Shown here: positions 29,431-43,445 of the stretch, in pieces | How positions within the stretch are numbered: position 1 is the stretch's first letter | How the letters are laid out: each line of letters begins with the position of its first letter | Source of the DNA: Eledone cirrhosa | Taxonomy: Eukaryota | NCBI GenBank assembly: GCA_964016885.1 | Contig: OZ024741.1 | Location: 343,046,001 to 343,110,000, forward strand | Length of the DNA stretch: 64,000 bases | Direction of reading: 5' to 3' | Position numbers and translations under genes: made by a program | Notes under the pieces: model-generated | Database searches by the model: none | Told to the model about the DNA's origin: nothing | Seen by the model: only the letters and a program-made list of their open reading frames with translations

Positions 29431-31781
29431 ATATACACAGACATCACACACAAACATACTCACACACTGACATCACATACACACATACACCATACACAGA
29501 CACACACATTCATATACACAAACATTACTTACTCATACACAGTCACAAGTACACACTTACACACAGACATGCACACGCACATACTCACATACACAGACAC
29601 CAGTGTACGTACATACACATACACACACATACACAGACACCAGTACACACACATACACACGTAATACACACACACAGACACCAGTGTACGTACATACAAA
29701 TACACACACATACACAGACACCAGTACACACACATACACACTTCATACACATATACAGACAGCAGTGTACGTACAAACACATACACACACGTACACAGAC
29801 TCCAGTGTACGTACATACACAAATACCACATACAGGCACCCGTACACACACATACACACCTCATACACATACACATACACCGGTATACACATACACATAC
29901 ACACACGTACACAGACACCACACACACATACACACACCCAGTATACGCACACACATAGACACTACATACACTAACATACGCAGACACCACATAAACACAC
30001 ACATACACAGACACCAGTATAGGCACATACACGCGCATACACATATATCAGTACACGTACATACATAGACGTCACACACACACACACATACACACACACA
30101 CATGCACACACATAACACACGCATACACACATAACACACACATACACACACACACACATACACACCCATACACATACTAATAATATTGCAAACACACACT
30201 AAGAATATACGTACATACACACACAGAGAATCACGCATGCACACCAAGAATACTACGAATATTTTCACAGACACTAACAATACACATACACACACATTAG
30301 GAATACTCGTATATACACACACTAAGAATAGACGTTCAGATACACACATATAATAATACACACACACTAAGAATAAACCTACATATACACACACATTAAG
30401 AATAAACCTACATACACGCACACACTAAGAATAGACGCACAGATACACACATATAATAATACACACACTAAGAATAAACGTAGACACACACATACACACT
30501 AAGAATAAACCTACATACACACACACACACTAAGAATAGACGTACAAACACACATTAAAAATACACGTACACATACACACATATACTAATGCACACACAT
30601 GTACGTACACATGCACACATATACTAATACACACACACGCACGGACACATACACACGTATACTAATACACCCACGCACACACACATGTTAAGTATATACG
30701 CACATGCATATTATGTATACAAACACACATACACACATATAGTAATACGTACACACATACACATTAACTATTCACGCACATACACATTAAGTATACAAAC
30801 ACACATACACACGCATTAAGTATACAAACACACATACACACACATTAAGTATACAAACACACATACACACATATTGCGTATACAAACACACATATACTAA
30901 TACGTACACACACAACAAAACACACACACCTCACATTAAGTATACACGCACACACACATTATGTACACACACACATATATAATGTATACAAACACATATA
31001 ATAATACGCACACGCACACACATATTAAGTATACACGCACATACATATATTATGTATACAAACACATATTACGTATACAAATACACATACACACATATTA
31101 CGTATACATGTACACATACACACTATAGTAATACATACCCACACACACACATATTAAGTATACACGCACACACATATATATATACAAACACACCCACACA
31201 CGCACACACATATCAAGTACACACACATACACACACATTATGTATACAAACACACATACACACATATGCATATAAAAATGCATACACACATTACGTATAC
31301 AAAAACACACATACACACATTACGTATACAAACACACATACACACATATAGTAACACACACACACACGCACACACATTAAGTATACACGCACACACACAT
31401 TATGTATACAAACACACATATATACATATAGTGATACGCACCCACATATGGAAACACACATATACACATTGGATTGGCAGAAGGTCGGACGCCATGCTTT
31501 GCAGCAAAAAGTTACGGTCCTTTATGGTCTGAGTTCAAATCCGGCCGAGGTTAACTTTGCCTTTCATCCTTATGGGGTCGATAAAATAAAGTACCAGTAA
31601 TACACTGGATAATTGCTGGCCTTGTGCCAAAAGTAGAAACAATTATGTATAGAAACACACATATGTTATGTATACAACCACACACACACACATATCATCC
31701 ATACAAACACACATACACACATAGTAATACGCTCACACACATATTATGTATACAAACACACATACACATATAGTAATACAC
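29431..31781. repeat. CA-rich degenerate satellite, with a SINE A copy at about 31470-31645
   Basis: Recurring cagacaccagt, taagaata, tatgtatacaaacac motifs; resumes at 35700. Confidence 0.85.
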
Positions 31782-32079
31782 TAGAGAGTGCCATAAAAAG
31801 CAAGGTCTCAATACTAACGCTCCCTGTGTATTTTCCCATTATAAATGCCCTAATTGGTAAAATAAAATACATTTTGTATAAAATAAATTATTTTGAGTCT
31901 TGCCTATATCATGGTAATTATAGTGGAAAGTGTGATTATGTTGCATGAAATCATGAAAATGTGAAACCAAATACGACCATACAATAATTGTTTATTTTAT
32001 TAATCCATTATATTTAGTAAACCAGCTTTGAATATAAAGACGTACAAGGAAGAAACAAGTTCAGTTAAGTTAACTCTAG

Positions 32080-34552
32080 TCATATTATTTTCAGAGTTTC
32101 TTTTTTGAAATCCGGGACCTTGCGATGATGAGCTTCAACTACTTGAAGAACACGCTGCTTCTCCTCCTCATTCTTGGTGATGGCAACAAAATCAGTTATC
32201 AACTTGACTGCTCTCTCCGCCAGATCGTTGACTACCTTGATATTGTGAACAACAGCACAGTATTTTGATATGACGCTTGTGATGACCAAGTTGCAAGTTA
32301 CAGTTCAAGCCAAGTATCGTCGAGACCAAGGAGATCGAACAGAAGCCTTGATTTCTTCCCAACTAGATGAAGCAGCTTCGTGGACGACTTCAACTCGGGA
32401 AATACTGGAGCACCACGGTCGAGAGGCCCAGACGTTTTCGTTTTGACAAGACGTTGGGTTCTTTGTTTCTTCTCGGACTCTTGGACCCGACTTGAAAACA
32501 GCGCTAGCGGAATGGCTTCCTCCGTCAGGTACCAAAGATGCCTGATCAGAGCAGTAGTGGCTGCCTGCGAGAGATCTCTGTCAACCTTACTGTACTGTGT
32601 CAACTCCACGTAGAATTGAAGGTCATTGGATGGTGCATCAGCACACTTGACTGCTGTCAACCAGTATCGCACGTAGAACAGAGCATTGAACATACAGATC
32701 CGGCGCAACTTTTCCATTTTAGCTTGATCTTTGCCCTATAGATGATTGTGGACATCCACCGAGCGTTATGATGTGCACCAGGCAGCATCCAATGTATTCC
32801 ACGAGGAGAGGTGACACCAAGCAAGATCAACATCAACTCAGCACATTCTCGGTAGTCGTCCCGTGGAAGAGAACTCATTTTCCCATCGTCGTTGATGTTC
32901 CCAGAACACAGACGCTTGAATCTCCGGTCGACAATGTTCAATGTTTTAAAGTTGGTCTTGTCCGTAAGTGACACCCAATCTTTTTTGAACTGCTTGAGCT
33001 CTGGGGTGTCTGGAGTGGACATTGTTCCGAATAGTTGTTGCCACACTGCACACAAGATACGCTCCATGACATGGTGCCGACAAGCCAAATAAAACACCTT
33101 TTTGTTGAGCCTCTCTTCTAGTTTCACGCAGGCACAATTTTTCCATCCAGAATTCGAAGCAGTTGTGTCAAAGACCAAGCCCACCACAGACCGATCAACA
33201 TTCTAAACTTGAACAAGATCAAATGGTGCTTTGGCTTGGGTGTTTCCAGTGCCATCAGGAATTATGGGAACACCGAGGAGTTTACCTTCTCTGAAGTCCG
33301 GAGTTCCAGCAAATAGCACACCTAACCTCTCGTGGTCACCAGGAATTATTTTGCCATCCCAATGCAAGGTAACAAAGCCTGGTACAGCAAATTGTTCCTT
33401 TATGTGTTCAGCCCACACAATTCTGATCTTCTTAGCTGCACGTCTGCTACTATTCTTGGAGAGAGTTGTGGCGTCTATGTCAGTCCCACCCTCAGAAATA
33501 ATCGATGCCATAAATGCTGTTTTCTGGCCTAGTGTCAGGTTTAAACGATCAGCCATTAGAGAAAACTTTGGACTTTGAAATGGATTCTTTGGGAGTTCCA
33601 GCTGGATTTTTAGTTTCTTGTCTGACTTTGAGCTGTCTCTGGGTGGGTTTGAGGCCTGAAATTCAGGATCCTGTTCATCATCAGTTTCATCATTGGTTGA
33701 ATTTGAATCACTCAGTTCATTACCTGGAAGTTGTGCTGCTACAGATCCTGACAAACGCTTTCTATGGTTTTCTGACTCCCGACGAGCCACAGAAACCTGA
33801 TCACGCTTAAACTTTGAAGATAGCTTTTCTGGTAACCATTGTCTTCAGCACCCAGAGATACTTTTGTCTGGCAACGCAGGGCTTCAAGAAATGTAGCATC
33901 TTCCATTTTCTGTTCATTATTACGAAGAGCAGTGGATTGGCAGTATCAGTAGAGGGTCGGACGCCATGCTTTCCAGCATAGTTACGTCATTTTACGATCT
34001 GAGTTCAAATCCCGCCGAGGTTGACTTTGCCTTTCATCCTTACGGGGTCGATAAAATAAAGTACCAGTAATGCACTGGGTAATTTCTGGCCTTGTGCCTA
34101 AAGTAGAAACAATTATTACGAAGACGGTCTTTCAAAATTTTCTTTTCAGCATCAGTATGTACAATGTAGAAATACTAATCCAATTCAGAAATAAATAGTG
34201 CTTCCTTTTCTTTGTTTGACTTAGAACCTTTGTTTTTTTGTAAATTTCTGTATTCCCTGTACATGTTCATAATTTTCAGTTTCACTTTGTCTTTTCGTTG
34301 AGTCGCCACACCAGCTTTTTCCCACTGACTAACTACTTCCATCACAAGCCTATCCGCAATAACACCATTGAAGCTCACATGCTTTTCGTGTTTCATAGGA
34401 CCATCTTTCAGGTAGAAGAAATATCTTAGAATATCCCCCTTTGTTGGTATTTTGTTTGGCGAAAAGGATGTAACATATTACCCCAGGAACCATATTTCTC
34501 GATCATCACAACGGAGCGAGTAGCTACAACTAGGCCCACTGGTTTCCGCCAT
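32080..34552 (-). pseudogene. Transposase pseudogene (stops, frameshifts, SINE insertion)
   Basis: Collinear ORF pieces 34175-34396, 33203-33790, 32657-33187, 32298-32717, 32080-32289. Confidence 0.85.
33929..34111 (+). mobile_element. SINE family A inserted in the transposase
   Basis: Perfect 13-bp TSD attattacgaaga at 33916-28 / 34112-24. Confidence 0.93.
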
Positions 34553-34722
34553 ATTCTGCCAATTTGCAACTATTAAGCAAGGCTTAAATTAGTCGGAAAT
34601 AATCAAAATTACATTATAAATTGATAATATACAAAATGGCATGAGAAAATGCATAGGGAGTTAAGAAAAAAACACACTTTTGTGTAAAATGTGAGATTCT
34701 GGAACACCCTATAACACACCCA

Positions 34723-35698
34723 TACGTGTAATGTATACGGATACCAAATCAACTGTCCTGACCCCAGATAGGGAAACACCACCTTTCTCAACCCTCGCTG
34801 GAATTTTACAGGGCGATACCCTTGCTCCGTATCTATTTATCATTGTTATGGATTATGTTTTGCGCATGTCTGTGGATAGGATTCAGGATAGGGGATACCA
34901 ACTACAGCCTAGGAGAAGCTCACGCTACCCAGCAAAATACTTGACCGACACCGACTTTGCTGACGACATCGCATTGATCACTCGGTCACTGGAAAATGCT
35001 GAGAGTCTTTTGAAGTCATTAGAGCAAGCGTCCAACTGTGTTGGACTGTACCTCAACGAATCCAAGACTGAGTGTTTGAACAGATGCGCAAACAGCCCAA
35101 ACTACCCCATCAGAACCCTTAATGGTACCACCCTTAAGCAGGTGGAAGATTACAAGTATCTTGGCTCATATATCTCCTCCTCCAAAAAGATTTTCTAACC
35201 AGGAAGGGTATGGCATGGTCAGCGTGCAATGACATGCACGCCATATGGACATCTCAACTTACCAACAAGCTAAAACTGGAAATATTCCAAGCAACCATTA
35301 AGCCCATATTACTTTATGGATCCGAAACTTGGACACTAACATCACAACTTGAGAGGAGATTGGATGGCACATATACCCGCCTCTTAATGAGAGTGCAAAA
35401 CCTATCCTGGAAACGACATCCCACCTAAAATCTATGGCAAACTCCCTCAAGCCTCTGCCCTTCTAAAATCCCGGAGAGCTCAATTTGCTGGCCACTGTCA
35501 CCGTGCCAGCAATGAAATAATATCCGCTCTCTTGACTCCAGCCTGACTAGGAGTAGGAAGCTGTCATTCCCTGACGTTATCTCTAGGGATACGGGAATCA
35601 GCAGACAGGACCTGGGGGAAGCGATGGGGGACAGGGGATTCTGGGGCATGAGAGTGAGATCCATCATCTCGACAGTAGTCGACGAGTGATGATGATGA
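34723..35698 (+). mobile_element. 5'-truncated RTE-clade LINE (RT C-terminal half)
   Basis: GILQGDTLAPYLF, DFADDIAL, YKYLGS, LLYGSETWTL; (GAT)n tail; 11-bp TSD taacacaccca at 34712 / 35699. Confidence 0.92.
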
Positions 35699-35699
35699 T

Positions 35700-36600
35700 A
35701 ACACACCCACGCATATTATGTATACAAACACACATATGTATACATGTATACATACACACATATTATATATACAGACACACATACACACATATAGTAATGC
35801 GTACCCACACATAGAAAGACACATACACACATACACACACATTATGTATACAAACACACACACATACATACATATAGTATTGTGCACATACATATCATCC
35901 ATACAAACACACATACATATAGTAATGTGCACATACACACATATAGTAATGTGCACATACACACATATAGTAATACGCACATACACACATATAGTAATAC
36001 GCACACACACATAGAACCACACATAGAAACACATAGAAACACACATAAACACACATAAACACACATAAACACACATAGAAACTCACATAAACACACATAG
36101 AAACACACATAGAAACACACATAAACACACATAGAAACACACATAAACACACATAGAAACACACATAAACACACATAGAACCGCACATAATCACACACAT
36201 AAACACACATAGAAACACACATAGAAACAGACATAGAACCACACATAGAAACACACATAGAACCACACAGATAAACATATAGAACCACACATAGGACCAC
36301 ACATAAACACACATAGAACCACACATAAACACACATAAACACACATAAACACACATAGAACCACACATAAACATACATAAACACACATAGAACCACACAT
36401 AAACATACATAAACACACATAAACACACATAGAACCACACATAAACACACATAAACACACATAGAACCACTCATATAAACACACATAGAACCACACATAG
36501 AAACACACATAAACACACATAGAAGCACAGATAAACACACATAGCAACACACATAAACACACATAGAAGCACAGATAAACACACATTGATCCACACATAG
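35700..36600. repeat. CA-rich satellite (acacacataa / acacatagaa units)
   Basis: Direct reading. Confidence 0.9.
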
Positions 36601-36744
36601 AAAGCTAGTATTGCAGCATGAAGATCTGGTTTAGTAAACGAGATTACGACATTGTGGGACATGAGTGTCAATACTGATAAGCAAATAAATACAATTGAAT
36701 TAAAAACAATACCGTGTTAACAAACAAACAAATAACAATAAAAA

Positions 36745-36901
36745 TAACATCAACAGCATCATCATCATCATCATCATCATCATCTTCATCATCATCACCA
36801 TCTTCATCTTCATTATCAGCAGTACAGCAGCGGCAACAGCGGCAACATTATCCTCATCAAGAATGACGATGATGATGATGAAGATAATGATAATGATGAC
36901 G

Positions 36902-36934
<33 letters not shown>

Positions 36935-37255
36935 CCATTGATGATAATATTGACAATACTAACACTGATGATGATGATAATGATAATGATGATGATGATG
37001 GGAATGATGATGATGTCATTGATGTAGATAATGTTGACAATACTGACACTGATGATGATGATGGTGATGATGATCATCATCATCATCCTCAGTGTTAGTA
37101 TTGTCAACATTATCAACATCAATGACATCATCATCACCATCATCATCATCATCATCATCAGTGTTAGTATTGTCAACATTATCAACATCAATGACATCAT
37201 CATCACCATCATCATCATCAGTGTTAGTATTGTCAATATTATCAACATCAATGAC

Positions 37256-37287
<32 letters not shown>

Positions 37288-37500
37288 CATCAGTGTTAGT
37301 ATTGTCAACATTATCAACATCAATGACATCATCATCACCATCATCATCATCATCATCAGTGTTAGTATTGTCAACATTATCAACATCAATGACATCATCA
37401 TCACCATCATAGTCATCATCGTCAGTATTGTCATCATCATGATCATCATCAATGACAAGATCCTCTTCCTCTTCATTATCATCAACAACAATACCATGAT
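36745..37500. repeat. (CAT)/(GAT) minisatellite with an internal inversion
   Basis: Unit cagtgttagtattgtcaacattatcaacatcaatga(cat)n about 6x; two inverted copies at about 36935-37070. Confidence 0.9.
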
Positions 37501-37539
37501 CAACAAGGACAACCGCAACAAAGACATCAACTAAAATGA

Positions 37540-39106
37540 CACCAACAGCAACGAAAAGAACAACAACAACACAACATCAAAGAAAACAACAACAACAACA
37601 ACGAAGACAACAACAACCACAAAAACAGCATTGACAACAACAACGACAACATCAACAACCACAAATATGGCATTGACAACAAAAACGACAACAACAAGAA
37701 CAACAACCACAAAAACAGCATTGACAACAACAAAGACAACAACAACAACAACAACAACCACAAAAACAGCATTGACGACAACAACACACAACAAACACAA
37801 AAACAGCATTGACAACAACAACGACAACGACAACAACAACAACCAATAAAAACAGATTTAACAACAACAACGACAACAACAACAACCACAAAAACAGCAT
37901 TGACAACAACAACAAAAACAGCATTGACAACAACGACAACAACAACAACCACAAAAATTGAATTGACAACAACAACGACAACAACAACAACAACAACCAC
38001 CACAAAAACAGCATTGACAACAACAACTACAACAACAACCACAAAACAGCATTGACAACAACAATGACAACAACAACAACAACCACAAACACAGCATTGA
38101 CAACAACAATGACAACAACAACAGCAACCACAACCACAAAAACAGCATTGACAACAACAACAACAACAACCACAAAACAGCATTGACAACACAACAACAG
38201 CAACAACAACAACCACAAAAGCAGCATTGACAACAACAAAGACAACAACCACAAAAACAGCATTGACAACAACAACAACAACAGCAACCACAAAAACAGC
38301 ATTGACAACAACAATGACAACAACAACAACAACAACAACCACAAAAACAGCATTGAAAACCAAAATGACAAGAACAGCAACCACAAAAACAGCATTGACA
38401 ACAACAACTACAACAACAACAACAACCACAAAAACAGCATTGACATCAACTACAACAACAGCAACAAAAACAGCATTGACAACAACTACAACAACAACCA
38501 CATAAACAGCATTGACAACAACAATGACAACAACAACAACAACCACAAAAACAGCATTGACAACAACAACTACAACAACAACAACAACAAAAACAGCTTT
38601 GACAACCACAACAATAACAACAACAACCACAAAAGCAGCATTGACAACAACAATGACAACAACTACAACAACCACAAAAACAGCATTGACAGCAACAACA
38701 ACAACAACAACCACAAAACAACACTGACAACAACAATGACAACAACTACAACACCACAAAAACAGCATTGACAACAACAATGACGACAACAACAGCAACC
38801 ACAAAAGCAGCATTGACAACAACAACCACAAAAACAGCATTGACAACAACAATGACAACAACAAAAGCAACCACAAAACGGCATTGACAACAACAATGAC
38901 AACAACAACAATAACCACAAAAACAGCATTGACAACAACAACAACAACCACAAAAACAGCATTGACAACAACAACAACAACAACAACCACAAACAACAGC
39001 ATTGACAACAACAATGACAACAACTACAACAACCACAAAAACAGCATTGACAACGACAACGACAACAACAACAACAACCACAAAAACAGCATTGACAACA
39101 ACAACT

Positions 39107-39137
<31 letters not shown>

Positions 39138-42100
39138 AAACAGCATTGACAACCACAACAATAACAACAACAACCACAAAAACAGCATTGACAACAACAA
39201 TGACAACAACTACAACAACCACAAACACAGCATTGACAACAACAACAACAACAACCACAAAACAGCATTGACAACAACAATGACAACAACTACAACACCA
39301 CAAAAACAGCATTGACAACAACAATGACGACAACAACAGCAACCACAAAAGCAGCATTGACAACAACAACCACAAAACAGCATTAACAACAACAATGACA
39401 ACAACAACAATAACCACAAAAACAGCATTAACAACAACAACAACAACCACAAAAACAGGATTGACAACAACAACAACAACAACCACAAACAACAGCATTG
39501 ACAACAACCACAAAAACAGCATTGACAACAACAATGACTACAACTACAACAACCACAAAAACAGCATTGACAACAACAACGACAACAACAACAACAACCA
39601 CAAAAACAGCATTGACAACAACAATGACAACAACTACAACAACCAGAAAAACAGCATTGACAACAACAACGACAACAACAACCACAAAAACAGCATTGAC
39701 AACAACAACAACAACAACAACAACAACCACAAAAACAGCATTGACAACAACAATGACAACAACAACAGCAACCACAAAACAGCATTGACAAAAACAACTA
39801 CTACAACAACAACCACAAAAACAGCATTGACAACAACAATGACAACAACAACAACCACAAAAACAGCATTGACAACAACAACAACAACAACAACCACAAA
39901 CAACAGCATTGACAACAACAATGACAACAACTACAACAACCACAAAAACAGCATTGACAACGACAACGACAACGACAACAACAACAACCACAAAAACAGC
40001 ATTGACAACAACAACTACAACAACAACAACAACAAAAACAGCATTGACAACCACAACAATAACAACAACAACCACAAAAACAGCATTGACAACAACAATG
40101 ACAACAACTACAACAACCACAAACACAGCATTGACAACAACAACAACAACAACCTCAAAACAGCATTGACAACAACAATGACAACAACAACCACAAAACA
40201 GCATTAACAACAACAATGACAACAACAACAATAACCACAAAAATAGCATTGACAACAACAACAACAACCACAAAAACAGGATTGACAACAACAACAACAA
40301 CAACAACCACAAACAACAGCATTGACAACAACCACAAAAACAGCATTGACAACAACAATGACTACAACTACAACAACCACAAAAACAGCATTGACAACAA
40401 CAACGACAACAACAACAACAACCACAAAAACAGCATTGACAACAACAATGACAACAACTACAACAACCAGAAAAACAGCATTGACAACAACAACGACAAC
40501 AACAACCACAAAAACAGCATTGACAACAACAACAACAACAACAACAACCACAAAAACAGCATTGACAACAACAATGACAACAACAACAGCAACCACAAAA
40601 CAGCATTGACAAAAACAACTACAACAACAACAACCACAAGAACAGCATTGACAACAACAATGACAACAACAACAACAACCACAAAAACAGCATTGACAAC
40701 AACAACTACAACAACAACAACAACCACAGAAACAGCATTGACAACAACAACTACAACAACAACCACAAAAACAGCATTGACAAAACCAATGACAACAACA
40801 ACAGCAACCACAAAACAGCATTGACAACAACAACTACAACAACAATAACCACAAAAACAGCATTGACAACAACAATGAAAACAACAACAACAACCACAAA
40901 AACAGCATTGACAACAACAACTACAACAACAACAACAACCACAAAAACAGCATTGACAACAACAATGACAACAACAACAGCAACCACAAAAAACAGCATT
41001 GACAACAACACCTACAACAACAACAACCACAAAAACAGCATTGACAACAACAATGACAACAACAACAGCAACCACAAAAACAGCATTGACAACAACAACA
41101 ACAACAACAATAACCACAAAAACAGCATTGACAACAACAACTACAACAACAACAACAACAACCACAAAAACAGCATTGACAACAACAACAACAACAACAA
41201 CCACAAAACAGCATTGACAACAAGAACAACAACAACCACAAAACAGCATTGACAACAACAACAACAACCACAAAAACAGCATTGACAACAACAACTACAA
41301 CAACAACAACAACAATCACAAAAACAACATTGACAACAACAATGACAGCAACAACATCAACCACAAAAACAGCATTGACAACAACAACTACAACAACAAC
41401 AGCAACCACAAAAACATCATTGACAACAACAACTACAACAACAACAGCAACCACAAAAACAGCATTGACAACAACAACAACAATAATAACCACAAAAACA
41501 GCATTGACAATAACAACAACAACAACCACAAAAACAGCATTGACAACAACAATGACGACAACAACAGCAACCACAAAAACAGCATCGACAACAACAATGA
41601 CAACAACAACAGCAACCACAAAAACAGCATTGACAACAACAACAACAACAACATCAACCACAAAAACAGCATTGACAACAACAATGACAAGAACAACAGC
41701 AACCATAAAAACAGCATTGACAACAACAATGACAAGAACAACAGCAACCACAAAAACAGCATTGACAACAACAACAACAATAATGACAACAACATCAACC
41801 ACAAAAACAGCATTGACAACAACAATGACAAGAACAACAGCAACCACAAAAACAGCATTGACAACAACAACTACAACAACAACAGCAACCACAAAAACAT
41901 CATTGACAACAACAACTACAACAACAACAGCAACCACAAAAACAGTATTGACAACAACAACAACAACAATAACCACAAAAACAGCATTGACAACAACAAC
42001 AACAACCACAAAAACAGCATTGACAACAACAATGACAACAACAACAGCAACCACAAAAACAGCATTGACAACAACAATGACAACGACAACAGCAACCACA

Positions 42101-43385
42101 AAAACAACATTGAGAACAACAGCAACAACAACAATGACAACAACAACATCTACCACAAAAACAGCATTGACAACAACAATGACAAGAACAACAGCAACCA
42201 CAAAAACAGCATTGACAACAACAATAACAACAACAACAGCAACCACAAAAACAGCATTGACAACAACAACTACAACAACAACAACCACAAAAACAGCATT
42301 GACAACAAAAATGACAACCACAAAAAACACCATTGACAACAACAACAACAACAATAACCACAAAAACAACATTGACAACAACAACTACAACAACAACAAC
42401 AACCACAAAAACAGCATTGACAACAACAACGACAACAACAACAACCACAAAAACAGCATTGACAACAACAACTACAACAACAACAACAACAACAACATTG
42501 ACAACAACTACAACAACAACAAAAACAGCATTGATAACAACAACTACAACAACAACAACCACAAAACAGCATTGACAACAACAACTACAACAACAACAAC
42601 CACAAAACAGCCTTGACAACAACAACAACGACAACAACAACAACCACAAAAACAGCATTGACAACAACAACTACAACAACCACAAAAACAGCATTGACAA
42701 CAATAACTACAACAACAACAACCACAAAACAGCATTGACACAACAACTACAACAACAACAACAACCACAAAAACAGCATTGACAACAACAACGACAACAA
42801 CAACAACCACAAACACAGCATTGACAACAACAACTACAACAACAACCACAAAAACAGCATTGACAACAACTACAACAACAACAACCACAAAAACAGCATT
42901 GACAACAACAATTACAACAACAACAACCACAAAAAAAGCATTGACAACAACAACTACAACAACAACAACCACAAAACAGCATTGACAACAACAACGACAA
43001 CAACAACAACCACAAAAACAGCATTGACAACAACAATGACAACCATAAAAACACCATTGACAACAACAACAACAACAATAACCACAAAAACAGCATTGAC
43101 AACAACAACTACAACAACAACAACCACAAAAACAGCATTGACAACAACAACGACAACAACAACAACCACAAAAACAGCATTGACAACAACAACTACAACA
43201 ACAACAACCACAAAAATAGCATTGACAACAACAATGACAACCACAAAAACACCATTGACAACAACAACAACAACAACAACCACAAAAACAGCATTGACAA
43301 CAACAACTACAACAACAACAATCACAAAACAGCATTGACAACAACAACTACAACAACAACAAAACAGCATTGACAACAACAACGA
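37540..43385. repeat. 5.8-kb CAA-based minisatellite
   Basis: Anchor accacaaaaacagcattgac plus variable (caa)n, more than 100 units. Confidence 0.95.
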
Positions 43386-43445
43386 TTACTAATGGAAGTA
43401 ATGGAAGTTAACGTTGAGTAGTGTAGTTCTAAATATCAAAATGGG

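Larger units (their letters stand above)
31782..34711 (-). mobile_element. Near full-length decayed hAT-superfamily (hATm-like) DNA transposon
   Basis: Transposase motifs LHWDGK, KLLGVP, FDTTASNSG, LACRHHVME, HLWYL, VVNDLAERAVKL; termini TAGAGAGTGCCA / TAGGGTGTTCCA; 8-bp TSD taatacac / taacacac. Confidence 0.8.

Noticed and set aside
28384-29664. 426-aa Thr/Pro/His ORF
   Set aside because: Minisatellite translation that drifts between repeat registers.
37540-43385. CRISPR-like look (constant anchor plus variable spacer)
   Set aside because: Spacers are only (CAA)n, there are no cas genes, and the context is eukaryotic.
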